Position numbers and translations under genes: made by a program. A stretch of 64,000 bases of DNA from Octopus vulgaris. Taxonomy: Eukaryota. Below the pieces are notes generated by a model that was given only the letters and a program-made list of their open reading frames with translations, searched no databases and was not told the origin of the DNA. Shown piece by piece: positions 12,933 through 25,417 of the stretch (position 1 is its first letter; every line of letters starts with the position of its first letter). The DNA lies in NCBI GenBank assembly GCA_951406725.2, contig OX597814.1:176576001-176640000 (forward strand), read 5' to 3'.

Positions 12933-14545
12933 GCCACCACCATCATCAGCTGCTGCAGCAGTAGTAGTTGTGTCATTGCTCATAGTCGTAGTATAAAGAG
13001 TAAAGACCCCCTTCACACATGAATGACCATGGGATTGCACCTAGAAAGTTCCCCTCTGAAGCACAAGTTTGAGCAAAATTGTTTATCGAAGACCAACAGT
13101 TGTCCATGCATACCAGCCTCCTCTCTCCATGCCACCGATGTTATCCAAAGGAAAAGCACCAGTGACATCGCAACTCATTTCTACGGTTGAGTGAACTGGA
13201 GCAATGTGAAATAAAGTGTCTTGCTCAAGACCACGACACACAGCCCAGTCTGGGAATTAAACTCACTAACTCCTGATTGTGTGCCCAATGCTCTACCCAC
13301 TGAGCCATGTGCGTTCACAAGTCATAGTATGAGCCATAAATATAAAAAAAAAAAGAAGGCGGTGAGCAGGCAGAATTGTTAGCATGCCGGGTGAAATGCT
13401 TAGCGGTATTTTGTCTGCTTCGTTTTGAGTTCAAATTCCACTGAGTCCGACTTTGCCTTTCATCCTTTCAGGATCGATAAATTAAATACCAGTTACGCAC
13501 TGGGGTCGATATAATCGACTTAATCCCTTTGTCTGTCTTTGTTTGTCCTCTCTGTGTTTAGCCCCTTGTGGGTAATAAAGAAATAGGTATTTTGTCTGCT
13601 ACATTCTGAGTTCAAATTCCGCCGAGGTTGACTTTGCCTTTCATCCCTTCGGGGTCGATAAATTAAATACCAGTTATGCACTGGGGTCAATATAATCGAC
13701 TTAATCCCTTTGTCTGTCCTTGTTTATCCCCTCTATGTTTAGCCCCTTGTGGGTAATAAAGAAATAAATATAAAAAAAAGACAGACCTTTCCATTTCTAT
13801 TACTAATATTGCTAAAAACATTAAAAGAAACATTTTTAAAAAATCAACAGAGAAAAAGTATTAGTGAAGTTTGGAGACCCTCATCTTATGGGAAAATAAA
13901 AAGGGTAAAGAGTGAAGTACAAAAATGAAATGTTTGGAATAAAAAAAAAACTTAAACCATTCCCTGCCACCATAAATCCTAAAAATTCCACTCTTTCTCA
14001 ATTTTTTCAAAATCAGAGTTTAAAATATGGACAGTTCAAATTTTTTACTTAAATCCTAGCAATAGACCACCCTTGGGTGCATCATCATTCCATTAAATGT
14101 GTTTATGGGGAGAAAAATATTGAAAAAACATCAATACATGTCAGCTAAATTGCCCTTGAATCATACACACACATTTATTTTTATTTTATTGTATTGTTTT
14201 TTCTGCATAATTGTATGAATTCCCATGTGTATAACACAAATTCACAAAACTTTTCTGAAAATTCCCCCCAGATAGTAAAAGTTATGAGGGGTTTTGCCCA
14301 ACCATTTTTGAGAAGAGTGTTGCATGAGACTTAGCTCATCATCAGGTGGGCCACGCTAATGAAAAAAATTCATGGTAATTTTTCATTGGGCATGGCATTA
14401 CAAAGTCCCACAAGCTGCAGTTTACTCATTACTGATTTACAGTGCAATTGGCTTCCTTTTAATCAACGATTTAACTGAAATTAATGGCAGTGTATCTGAA
14501 GAATCTGTAGAACAGAAGACCAAATACCTTACAGTATTTACCTTA

Positions 14546-15070
14546 CAGTAAATCCTCGAGTATAGTCCACCCTTGAATATAATACACAGGGGATTTTTAG
14601 GGGGCTATACTTCTGAAAATCCTAAACCTTGTGTATAATACGCACTCCTTCTCTAACTTGAGTCATGCATAATTAAGCCAGCAGCACCTAGTCAAACAAA
14701 CACTTCCGCACATGCATAATACAATAATGGTGATGTTCTTAACTGTTATATGGGAATGTAAATATGTTTGCAAATTGTTTTTGTTACATGTTATTCTGTG
14801 TTCTGAATACTTTTATTTTAATAAATGTTGCTTACTGCAAGTTATGGATGATAATTCTTTTATGACTTCATTGCTTTCAGGCTTAGCTTAAGGTATTTTC
14901 GCGCCCGACATCACAAAATGTGTCTGAATAAACATTGCCGGACAGCAAATAGAGACTCGGCCATTGCTTAGAAAATATTTTTCATTTTTAACCTCGTATG
15001 TAGTATGCACTATGGATTTTGACCTTTAAATTTTGGGGAAAAAATGAGGATTATACTCAAGGATTTACGG
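14546..15070. mobile_element. pogo/Tc2-type MITE
   Basis: TIR c(a/c)gtaaatcct(c/t)gagtata, TA flanks. Confidence 0.75.
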
Positions 15071-15379
15071 TAGTTGCATTCTTTTAATTACTGAGTTTGA
15101 ATTTTGTTGGAATTGTCTTTGCTTTTCATTCTTTTTTCCAGGACCAATTCTATAAGTAACAGTCAAGTACTGAGGCATTGACTTAATCAGTTTTTCCCTC
15201 CTCATCCTTTGTCTTTGTCCTACTTCTTCCCACTTCTCCATCCTCCTTCCCCCTCATTGCCCCTCCTCCCTCCTTCACAAGGCCCCCTCCTCTTTACCCC
15301 ACATGGACCCCCCTTTCCTTCATCTTCGTGCCCTCCTGCTCTTTCACCCACAAGGTCCCTCCTCCTTACCTCTCACAAC

Positions 15380-15910
15380 CCCTTTTCCTCCCTCATAGTC
15401 CTCCTCTCGCTTCACATCCTTCCTTCTCCCTGCTTCCTCTTACTTCTCTCATCTTCTTCCTTCTCTCTTCCACTTCCTTCTCTCTTCCACATTCTTCTCT
15501 TTTCCTCTTCCTCGTCCTTCTCTTCTCCTTTTCTCTATCTCGTCTCCTTCCTTCTCTCTTTCTCCTCTCTTTCACTTCTCTCTCTGATCCCCTTCCTTCT
15601 CTCTTCCTCTTCCTCCTCTCTTTCACTTCTTCCTCTCATCCCCTTCCTCCTCTCTTTCACTTCTCTCTCTGATCCCCTTCCTTCTCTCTTCCTCTTCCTC
15701 CTCTCTTTCACTTCTCCCTCTCATCCCCTTCCTTCTCTCTTTCCTCTTCCTCCTCTCTTTCACTTCTCCCTCTCATCCCCTTCCTTCTCTCTTTCTCTTC
15801 CTCCTCTCTTTCACTTCTCCCTCTCATCCCCTTCCTTCTCTCTTCCTCTTCCTCCTCTCTTTCACTTCTCCCTCTCATCCCCTTCCTTCTCTCTTTCTCT
15901 TCTCCCTCTC
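15380..15910. repeat. Polypyrimidine (CT-rich) tract with ~51-bp minisatellite
   Basis: Repeated ctctctttcacttctccctctcatccccttccttctct units. Confidence 0.9.
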
Positions 15911-16110
15911 AACATTCTCTTTCTCCTCCTGCTCATGCTTCTTGTTATTCTCCTCACACACATGCACATACACAGACATGCACACGCACACACACACATG
16001 CATGCACGTGCACTCACACTCTCACTCGCACACACACACACACACAAATTAGAGTTCAACATTTTACTAATATCTTAGATAACTTAAGGAGAAAATAAAA
16101 TTCTACTGAC

Positions 16111-16204
16111 TTTCTTTCTATAAATTCTGGGATTTATGGTTATCGAATAATCATCACTTCCTTTGTAGAATCGGCCATCGGTTCCTTCCAGCCAAATTTC
16201 ATGT
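16111..16204 (-). CDS. QRICH2-like: Exon I; HEIWLEGTDGRFYKGSDDYSITINPRIYRKK
   Basis: Acceptor ttttttactacag, donor GTCAGT, 94 nt, phase 2-0; LEGTDGRFYKG matches the GxDGxxYKG C-terminal motif of QRICH2/C16orf96 proteins. Confidence 0.85.
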
Positions 16205-16327
16205 CTGTAGTAAAAAAAAGTGAGGGACCTTTACATTGAAATTGTTTATCATAATGTGAAAATTTCAACATTATTGGTAGCAACAATATCAACAATAGCA
16301 ACAACAACAACAACAGCAGCAGTAGCA

Positions 16328-16540
16328 GTCGTTCAAGAATTTGGACCTGGAGATCTCCATTTCCAGCGACTTCGAGGGCCACCTCCCAGTGGTGTCGGGC
16401 GTCAACAAAGAGCCCTCGACTACAACAAGACGACCAAAGTTTTTTGGGTTTTTTTCCAAGGTCTGGGGTCTCCCGCCCCTAAGCCCTAGACCATCACCTA
16501 ATCACCCTAACCCGTCTTGTTGCTTAACAACAACAACAAC
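16328..16540 (+). mobile_element. ~200-bp non-tRNA SINE-like retroposon, copy 2
   Basis: Same 5' end, (AAC)n tail, duplicated cagcagcagtagcag flank. Confidence 0.85.
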
Positions 16541-16867
16541 AGCAGCAGTAGCAGCAGCAGCAATAACAACATCAACAGCAACAACCATGTTGAAGAGATA
16601 GTGAAAAAAATGTTGCTGAACCATCACCACAACCACCACCACCACAACTATCACTACCACTACCATCCCCATCATCGTCAACCCCACCAACATCACCGCC
16701 GCCGCCGTCGCCACCACCACTAACACCATTACCACTAACACCACCAATGGTAAGGAGGATCTTTTCTCTGTGGTGAGGCATGAGCTGTCACTCACAATTG
16801 AGTACAACTTGGCAGCATGTACCATACTTTAGCTTATTGTTTTAGCTTTCAATATAGTTGTGGGAAG

Positions 16868-17482
16868 AAGGCAGTGAGCTGGCAGAAACGTTAGCACGCC
16901 GGGCGAAATGCGTAGCCGTATTTCGACTGCTGTTACGTTCTGAGTTCAAATTCCGCCGAGGTCGACTTTGCCTTTCATCCTTTTGGGGTCAATAAATTAA
17001 GTACCAGTTATGCACTGGGGTCAATGTAATTGACTTAATCCGTGTGTCTGTCCTTGTTTGTCCCCTCTGTGTTTAGCCCCTTGTGGGTAGTAAAGAAATA
17101 GGTATTTCATCTGCCGTTACGTTTTGAGTTCAAATTCCTCCGAGGTCGACTTTGCTTTTCATCCTTTCGGGGTCGATAGATTAAGTACCAGTTACGCACT
17201 GGGGTTGATATAATCGACTTAACCGCTTTATCTGTCCTTGTTTGTCCCCTCTATGTTTATTCTCTTGTGGGCAATAAAGAAATAAGAAATGTTAGCACGC
17301 TGGGTAAAATGCTTAGTGGTATTTTGTCTGTCTTTACATTCTGAGTTCAAATTCCACCAAGGTCGACTTTGCATTTCATCCTTTCAGGGTCGATAAATTA
17401 AATACCAGTTGCTACTGGGGTCGATCTAATTGACTGGCCCCCTCCCCAAACATTTTGGGCCTTGCATCTACAGTAGAAAAGG
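16868..17482 (+). mobile_element. Multimer of Meta/MESC-domain tRNA-SINE; other copies 695-895, 13357-13767, 18155-18385, 28172-28400, 32960-33192, 41520-41970, 51920-52130, 62840-63010 (+), 1165-1370, 37440-37672, 40965-41178, 50730-50875 (-)
   Basis: gagctggcagaaacgttagc head, gagttcaaattcc B box, ctttcatcctttcggggtcgataaattaagtaccag core, aataaagaaata tail. Confidence 0.9.
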
Positions 17483-17979
17483 ATATAGTTGTGAGAAGAC
17501 AGACACTCTCCCAGCCCTCCCAATTTTGTCCAAGTGAAAAATCAAGGATGTGATAACTGGAGCAGAAGAGAAGGCTGGAAATGAGTATCAGAACTCAGCA
17601 CTCATTTATAACTGGAGCAAAGCGAAATGAAGTGCTTCACTCTGAAAAACACATCATGCCACCTGGTCAAGGAATTGAACTTATGATCATGTGTCTATCG
17701 CTCTAACCACGCGGAATGCACCTGTAATGTTTATTTGCTTTTTTTCCTTTAATTTATTTTGTAAAGTTGCAAAAATGTGGCCTTGGACACACTATTGTGG
17801 AATAAAAGATGGGACAGTCATGGCTGGAACACTCTTGAACAAAGACTTGTTTTGGCTGAGGTTCCTCAGTAACAAGACTGGTAGCAGCAACAACAACAAC
17901 ATGGTTGCTTGGCCAGCTAGAAATAACAGCCAACTCTTCCACAGATTATACCTTTTAAAAATGGAAGAACACATTAGAC

Positions 17980-18492
17980 CAGTGGTTCCCAAAATTTTTC
18001 AGGTTGCTGCCCCCTTAGCTTCCAGGCCACATTCCTAGTGCCATCCCTCACTCACCACTACAAATGTGGATGACTTTCTGCAACAAATGCACAACAACTG
18101 TATTTCACAAATAAAACTTACCCTAATTAAACCATTTTTTTGTTGGACGGGAAAGTGGCGAGCTGGCAGAATCGTTAGCACGCTGGGTGAAATGCTTAGC
18201 GGTATTTCGTCTGCCGCTACATTCTGAGTTCAAATTCCGCCGAGGTCGATTTTGCCTTTCATCCCTTTCGGGGTCAATTAAATAAGTACCAGTTATGCAC
18301 TGGGGTCGATATAATTGACTTAATTCGTTTGTCTGTCCTTGTTTGTCTTCTCTGTGTTTAGCCCCTTGTGGGTAGTAAAGAAATAATTATTGGGGTGGGG
18401 TGCATCCATTGACCCCGTTTAGCTACTCCCATTATCCCCCACTTTTCTTCAACGCTCATCTGGAAAGTCACTGCCTCCATTGGGAACCACTG
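17980..18492. mobile_element. hAT (Charlie-like) MITE containing a SINE
   Basis: TIR cagtggttcccaa, 8-bp TSD cattagac/cattaaac; related MITEs at 34378-34649 and 46000-46665. Confidence 0.85.
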
Positions 18493-18771
18493 CATTAAAC
18501 AATGTAGTTCTGTATATACAGAAAGTAACAACAACAGTTACAATAGTGTACTTACTGTATGATGTTAGAATTCAAAACAGTGTTTCTAGAATATAAAAGC
18601 AAAGTTAAGTTAAATTACAGTTCACAATATCATTTTTATGTGAAATATTAGGTTGAGAAAAAAGTTTGTGTGCTGTGTTAAAATCAAGCTTTTAATGTAA
18701 ATAATAATACAATCAATAATAATAATAATAATAAATGCCCTGATGCAGTACCAGGCAGTAGCTCTCATGGC

Positions 18772-19163
18772 TTTTGCTGAGCGCCTTGTTTCCCTGGGCA
18801 TGGATTCACTGAAGCTCCGGCGTGTGGCAACGGACTTGGTAAACACCCACAAAGTTATCAACCACCTCACCAACAACAACACTGAACACCTTTTTGATCT
18901 CCATGTGTCTAACAAACGTGGACATGCCTACAAAGTCAGAAAACAACACAGCTCCCATGACTTTCAAAAACATTTTTTCACGCTCAGAGTTGCTGAAGCA
19001 TGGAATAAACTGCCTGCGTCAGTTGTTGACTGCCATGACACTGCATCCTTTAAGGCCCTCATGCTTTCCGAAATCCGCCGAAACTACACCTGATTATATA
19101 TACACTTTAGATGAGTTGTAGTGCACCTGAGCACTGTACACAATTATTATTATTATTATTATT
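18772..19163 (+). mobile_element. CR1-like LINE 3' fragment (related subfamily with shorter 3' UTR)
   Basis: ERLVSLGMDSLKLRR...RRNYT*, ATT tail. Confidence 0.9.
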
Positions 19164-19221
19164 AATATAAAAGCAAAGTTAAGTTAAATTGCAATTCACA
19201 ATATCATTTTTATGTGAAATA

Positions 19222-19766
19222 TTAGGTTGAGGAAAAAATTTGTGCACTGTGTTAAAATCAAGCTTTTTTTATACTTTTTTGTGGTGTGTGTGTTCATTCA
19301 GTTCATGTCATGTCCAATGGTGACTCACTGTGTGCGTGTATACCCAAGACTTGTTCATCGAAAACGCGCTTTGTTTCAATAAGACAATGGAAAGCCACAT
19401 ACTGTCAGAAAGACCAGCAACAAGATTGAAGATTTGGATGATGTTGAAGTTCTGCTGCATCCAGCCTATAGTCAAGATGTTGCTCCATCTGACTACAGTC
19501 TCTTCCGATCAGTGTAGCACTTTATGAAAAGTTACCAATTTAAGTCATTTGATGAAGTTGAAGAAGCTTGTCAAGAACTTTTTGATTCAAAGCTGAAGGA
19601 TTGGCATTTTGACCAAATCCATCCAAAAGCCTGCAGATCGTTGGCAGAAGGTCGTGGAAAATGATGGTCTTTATTTTGAAGAATAGTTGTTGTTGTTTTT
19701 AAATAAATTCTTGCATAAAAAAAATCATTATTTTAACATGGCACACAAACTTTTTCCTCAACCTAG
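19222..19766 (+). mobile_element. Internally deleted mariner
   Basis: TIR taggttgaggaaaaa, TA flanks, PYSQDVAPSDY (YSPDLAPSDY-like) remnant. Confidence 0.85.
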
Positions 19767-20073
19767 TAACACCATCTCACTTAACCTTTTAGCATTTAGA
19801 TTACTCAGTTAAATGTAATACTTATTTATTCACATTATTTTGAATTAATCAATGCATTATCTTGTAGCTTTGAGATTTTGATGATGTGATTGCTTATTTT
19901 AAGAATGACATTGTCAGGTAGGTGTGAGAGGCCAGAGCCAGCCAAATTGAACATAAAATATGTAGAAAATTTTGGCTGGATATGACAGGTTAAACACATT
20001 TTTTTGGAGGGTACATTTCATTATATTGATCTGCTAATCCTCTAATTGCCATCATATGGGTGCTGCAGCACCA

Positions 20074-20282
20074 GCCATTCAAGAATTTGGAGCTGGAGAT
20101 CTCCATTTCCAGCGACTTCGAGGGCCACCTCCCAGTGGTGTCGGGCATCAACGAAGAGCCCTCAACTACAACAAGACGACCAAAGTTTTTTTTTTTCCAA
20201 GGTCTGGGGTCTCCCGCCCCTAAGCCCTAGACCATCACCTAATCACCCTTACCCGTCTTGTTGCTTAACAACAACAACAACA
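20074..20282 (+). mobile_element. ~200-bp non-tRNA SINE-like retroposon, copy 3
   Basis: TSD gctgcagcaccag, (AAC)n tail. Confidence 0.88.
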
Positions 20283-21835
20283 GCTGCAGCACCAGAACTC
20301 TAGAGATCTATGAATCTATGTATCCCTTGTGGAGGGGGCATTTGGGAACACGGTTTAACATGGGTAGGAATAATGAGTGGAGGTGGTGGGAACACAGGTA
20401 GGAACGATGGGTGGAGGGTGGGGGAGCACATCTTTGGCATACTATCTTGGGTTCATGAGCACCTAAAGATTGCTCTCCCCTAATGCTCTGCACTTGGTAG
20501 CTGCTTTATTTATCCCTCTCATCCCCTTCCTTCTCTTGGAAAACAAAGTCGACCTCAACAGGATTTGAACTCAGAATGTAAAGGGATGCAATACAGCAAA
20601 GCATCTTGTCCATTATTTTATTGACTCTGTCAGTTCGCTATGTCAGGTCCTTATTTAAAGGTTACCTTCTTGAGTCATGCTGACTTGTAAGGGCCGGTTT
20701 CTATGGCGTATAAATTCCCCACCTGGATAGGATGCCAGTCCATCATAGGATTACTCACTTTTGCCAGCTGAGTGGACTGGAGCAATATGAAATGAAGTGT
20801 TTTGCTCAAGAATACAATGCAATGCCTGGTCCAGGAAATGAAACCACAATCTTACAATCATGAGTCCAACACCCTAAACACTAAGCCACACACCTCCACA
20901 GGTTCTTATTTTACCTTTTAACATTTAAACTGACCATATCAAGCCCAAATATTCTACTTGTTTTATGTTCAAACTGACCAGATTCAGCCTCTCACACCTA
21001 CCATACAATGTCATTCTAAAAATATACAATCACATTATCAAAATCTCAAAGTTACAAGTTAATGTATAATTAATTCAAAACAATGGAAATCAATCAATAA
21101 ACATTACAATTGACTGAGTATTCTGAATGCTTAAAGAATGAAAAGAAATAAGGACTTAAGCCAAAAGCTGTTACATGGTTGCTTGGCCTGCTAGAAACAA
21201 CAGCCAAATCTCCCACAAATTGCACTTTACAGTCTCTTTAAAAAAAATGAAAAAAGGAAAAACACTTTAGGCAGTGTAGTTCTGTATATACAAGAAAGAT
21301 ATGATGGTCATAGTTGGAACGTCTTTCATCATAGTTCAGCTTGAACAGGGCTGATCTGAAGTTAATAAATGAAAACTAGTGCTACCACAAGCCATCGATG
21401 ACCTGCTAAAAATAGCAGCCAAATCTCCTTTGAATCACACCCTACTGTCAGTTTAAAAAAAAGCAAAAGACATATTGGACAATATAAAAAGCTGGATGCT
21501 TTTGATAATAGGTTTGCTCAGTCAGGGTTGACTCAGGCTAAACAACAATATGACTTCAAATATTGGTACAAGGCTGACATTTTTAAAGCATTTTTAGGAT
21601 GCAAGCAGCAATCCAATGAAAACAAAACCCTAGTATTTGACTGCTGTTTTCTTTGCTTGGAAAGGATGAAAAGCAAAAGTGATATTGGATGATATTTAAA
21701 TATGGCAAATAAAATACAAATGAGAAATAACATTTATGATGTTAGCAGGTACAGAAGTCTATGTCTTCTTTTAAAACTGGCCCTCCATTGGTTAACAATG
21801 ATAGAGGTTCCAGTTGAACCGATCAACTGGCATCA

Positions 21836-22333
21836 GAATATGGCATCTGCCATATTCTGAACGCCTTACTTCCCTGGGCATGGACACATTGAAACTCCGA
21901 CGTCTGGCAGCTGACTTGGCGGACACCCATAAAATTATTAACTATCTTACAAACAATAACTCTGAGCACCTTTTTCAAACTCCACCTGTCGAACACCCGT
22001 GGACATGTTTACAAAGTCAGAAAACAACACAGCTCCCATGACTTTTGGAAACATTTTTTCATGCTAAGAGTTGCTGAAGCATGGAACAAACTGCCGGCAT
22101 CAGTTGTTAGTTGTCGGAGCACTGCATCCTTCAAAACTTCCATGCTTCCTGAGATTCGCCAACACTACACCTGATTTTCTCCCCTCCATACACACGCAAG
22201 CATGTATCTGACTCATACACTGTTCACTTTCCAGACATTTGTACATTACTGCATATACTTTATACGCACTTTTTGACAAGTTGTGGTGCACCTGAGCACT
22301 GTATACAATAATTTCATTATTATTATTATTATA
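21836..22333 (+). mobile_element. CR1-like LINE 3' fragment
   Basis: HLPYSERLTSLGMDTLK..., same 3' UTR, ATT tail. Confidence 0.9.
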
Positions 22334-22736
22334 ACAGAACAGCCTGCTCATGAAATTAATGTGAAAGTGGCTGAACACTCAATAAACATGCACACCCTTC
22401 ATGTAGTTCTCAGGGAGATTCAGCATGGAAAAGGGTGGCTCTTTGAAACACAGGTACTACCCAATTTTGCTGGCTGGAGTGGACTTGAGCAACATGACAA
22501 AGAATCTTGCTTAAGAACACAACGTGCTGTCAGGTATTGAACTCACAACCTTATGATCTTGAGCCTAATACACTTAGTCACACAAACAAAGAATCAGATG
22601 CACACACACACACACACACACACAGATAAACATAGAGCAGGAATAGAATGAGAGGGGGGGAAAAAGAATGGAAAACAGGAATGAGAAGAAAAAGAACAAC
22701 AGGTTTATATGGAAAACAATAATGAAAGTGTTAATA

Positions 22737-22948
22737 CAGGGTGTCCCAAAACAATATATACACACTTTAGCAGCTGATAACTCATTTGATATTTTTTCTT
22801 TCCAGATGAAACCTATAGGATTTAATGATGGCAGTCAGATTAAGCTTTGAACAAAGAAAATTCATTCTAAAATGATGCTGGAAGTGTGAAAATGCAGTTG
22901 AAGTGCAAAACCAGTTAAAGTATGCATACATTTTTTTGGGACACCCTG
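22737..22948. mobile_element. Tc1-like MITE
   Basis: TIR cagggtgtcccaaaa, TA TSD. Confidence 0.85.
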
Positions 22949-22975
22949 TATATATATATATTAAAAAAATCTTGC

Positions 22976-23056
22976 CTTTTTCCCCAATATTTTCTTACGT
23001 GCTGTTTCCGATGATGATATGCATCTGTATGTGAAGTACACAATGCGGAGTCTGCA
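22976..23056 (-). CDS. QRICH2-like: Exon H; ADSALCTSHTDAYHHRKQHVRKYWGK(R), GC donor
   Basis: Acceptor gtgcatttacag, 81 nt phase 2-2 to AAG|GCAAGA; CTSHT resembles the CGGSHT motif of QRICH2-like proteins. Confidence 0.75.
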
Positions 23057-23713
23057 CTGTAAATGCACACAAAATAAGATCATAACTTCCTAATTAATTC
23101 TTGCAATGAAGTTCACACAAAGAATTTAGTTGTGTCAATAAGTTACAGAACTACATAGCTATATGCATACTTGCCTCAATACTTGGCCTGAGGCACTTCT
23201 TGTTATTCTTAATGTTTCTTGCTCTTCAGGTTACCCAACACTAACTAAAGCAATAGATTCCAACCAAAGTCCATATGACCCTCAGGGGTCCATATAAGAT
23301 TTTGTTGTTAAAATTTATGAGCAATAAATGTCCCCATAAAAAGAAATCCAATAGAGTCAAATTTGGTAAATGTGGAGGTCAAAATAATGGTCTGGTCTAC
23401 TTCTTTCAATCTATCTGTTAGGGTGCACAATCTTGTTGAAAAACTGTATTCTCCATCAGTTTTAATTGGTGCAGCTTAGGAAGGAAGTATAATAATTTTG
23501 TAGCATTACACCATAAGTTTATGGACACCCTGTATATATGTGTGTCTGTACTCAAGGAATGTTCTCAAGAAAATTTTTTTGAGAACATTCCTTTCTTAGT
23601 GGTAAGACCATAGCAGATCTACTTCAAGTATAATGGATGTCCACATAGGGGTCATCCCACTTATATGTATATACTTATATATATATATACACACACACAC
23701 ATATATATATATA

Positions 23714-23931
23714 ATGATTGTAGCCACTTCAACATAGTTGTCTGTTTGAACGGATTTTACTGCGATTTTTTAACCCCAAGAAGACATCTCCTCTAGCTGG
23801 CTAATGATGCACAGCTACATCTGAGATATTACGAGCATCGTTAACCAGCTAGAGGAGATGTCCTCTTGGGGTTAAAAAATTGCAGTAAAGTCCATTTGAA
23901 TGGACAGCCATGTTGAAGTAGCTATGAACAT
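23714..23931. mobile_element. Foldback/palindromic MITE
   Basis: ~95-bp inverted arms around a ~25-bp spacer. Confidence 0.85.
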
Positions 23932-24014
23932 TACTAGTACAACCACTGCTTTGATCTCTTAGATTTTAGAACTAGCATTTTTGCTTATTTATATATATAT
24001 ATATATATATACCT

Positions 24015-24410
24015 GTTGAGGCAAGTGAAAATCAAAAATCAAAATCAAAATCGTTCAACATCAATGGAAATTGCAGCTGTGATACAAGTGCCGGTGGCAC
24101 ATAAGAGAACCATCCGTATGTGGCCGTTGCCAGCGCCACTCCGACTAGCCTCCATGCCGGTGGCACGTAAAAAGCACCATCTGATCATGGCCGTTTGCCA
24201 GCCTCGTCTGGCACCTGTGCAGGTGGCACGTAAAAAGCACCCACTACACTCATGGAGTGGTTGGCGTTAGGAAGGGCATCCAGCTGTAGAAACACTGCCA
24301 GATCAGACTGGGGCCTGGCGCAGCCTTCTGGCTTCCCAGACCCCAGTTGAACCGTCCAACCCATGCTAGCATGGAAAACGGACGTTAAACAATGATGATG
24401 ATGATGATGA
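24015..24410 (+). mobile_element. RTE 3' UTR fragment (similar fragments 2098-2375, 27915-28035, 29290-29760, 36485-36620, 50545-50702)
   Basis: gttggcgttaggaagggcatccagctgtag...(GAT)n shared with the RTE tails at 11 kb and 54.8 kb. Confidence 0.85.
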
Positions 24411-24412
24411 TA

Positions 24413-24909
24413 CAGGTTATTCATAAAGTCATGGTGCAATTTAAAATACTTATATCTTTTTCACTATACATGATAGAATTTATCCATAACAAGGATGAGA
24501 AAGAAAAATGACCTAAATTTTTTATTCCTCTTGTTAATTTTCAACATGTTTGCCATCATTACCAATACAAAGAGAAATACAATTCTGTAGTTCTCAGAAA
24601 ACATTTTCCAGATGATTTTCAGTACCACCTTCAATCACAACAGTTATCCTTGCTTTCAAGTCTTCTAAAGATCAAGGCTTAGTGGAATAAACAATACTTT
24701 TCACATGTCCCCATAAAAAGAAATTCAATAGAGTCAAATTTGGTAAATGTGGAGGTCAAAATAATGGTCTGGTCTACTTCTTTCGATCTATCTGTTAGGG
24801 TGCACAATCTTGTTGAAAAACTGTATTCTCCATCGGTTTTAATTGGTGCAGCTTAGGAAGAAAGTATAATAATTTTGTAGCATTACACCATAAGTTTATG
24901 GACACCCTG
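24413..24909 (-). mobile_element. Tc1-like deletion derivative
   Basis: Imperfect TIRs caggttattcataaa / tttatggacaccctg, TA flanks, FFLWGHVKS-like remnant. Confidence 0.7.
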
Positions 24910-25417
24910 TATATATGTGTGTCTGTGTTTGTCCCCCGCCCCATAATTGCTTCACAACTGGTTGGTGTGTTTACGTCCTTGTAACTTAATGGTTTGGCAA
25001 AGAGACTGATAGAATAAGTCCTGAGGTTAAATTATTCGACAAAAACACTTCAAGGCTATGCTCCAGTCAACTGACTAAAACAAATAAAAGAATACAAGAA
25101 GGGAATAAAACATAGAATGGTTATTAGGGTCCATCCAAGTAAAATAGGAATCAAAGGGTTCCATTGGTAAAAAAATGGTTGAGAAACACTGAACTGGAGT
25201 AAGAACCCTCTAGAATTTCTGTCATGCCTAACTACTTTTCCTATTGACATAAATCATACAGATGTTTAAACTCAACATCTGTCTCAGCCTGTGAAGGTCT
25301 TAAGCAGTGACCCTTTATTTCCAACTAACCTTACAATTTAAAAAATAAATAAATAAAACAAAAGCAAAAAGAAATAACAAAAAATTGCTTATTTTATTGC
25401 TTCTATCAATTGAAAAG

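Noticed and set aside
15209-16078. 289-aa S/L/P/F-rich ORF
   Set aside because: Translation of a CT-rich minisatellite that lacks stop codons by composition
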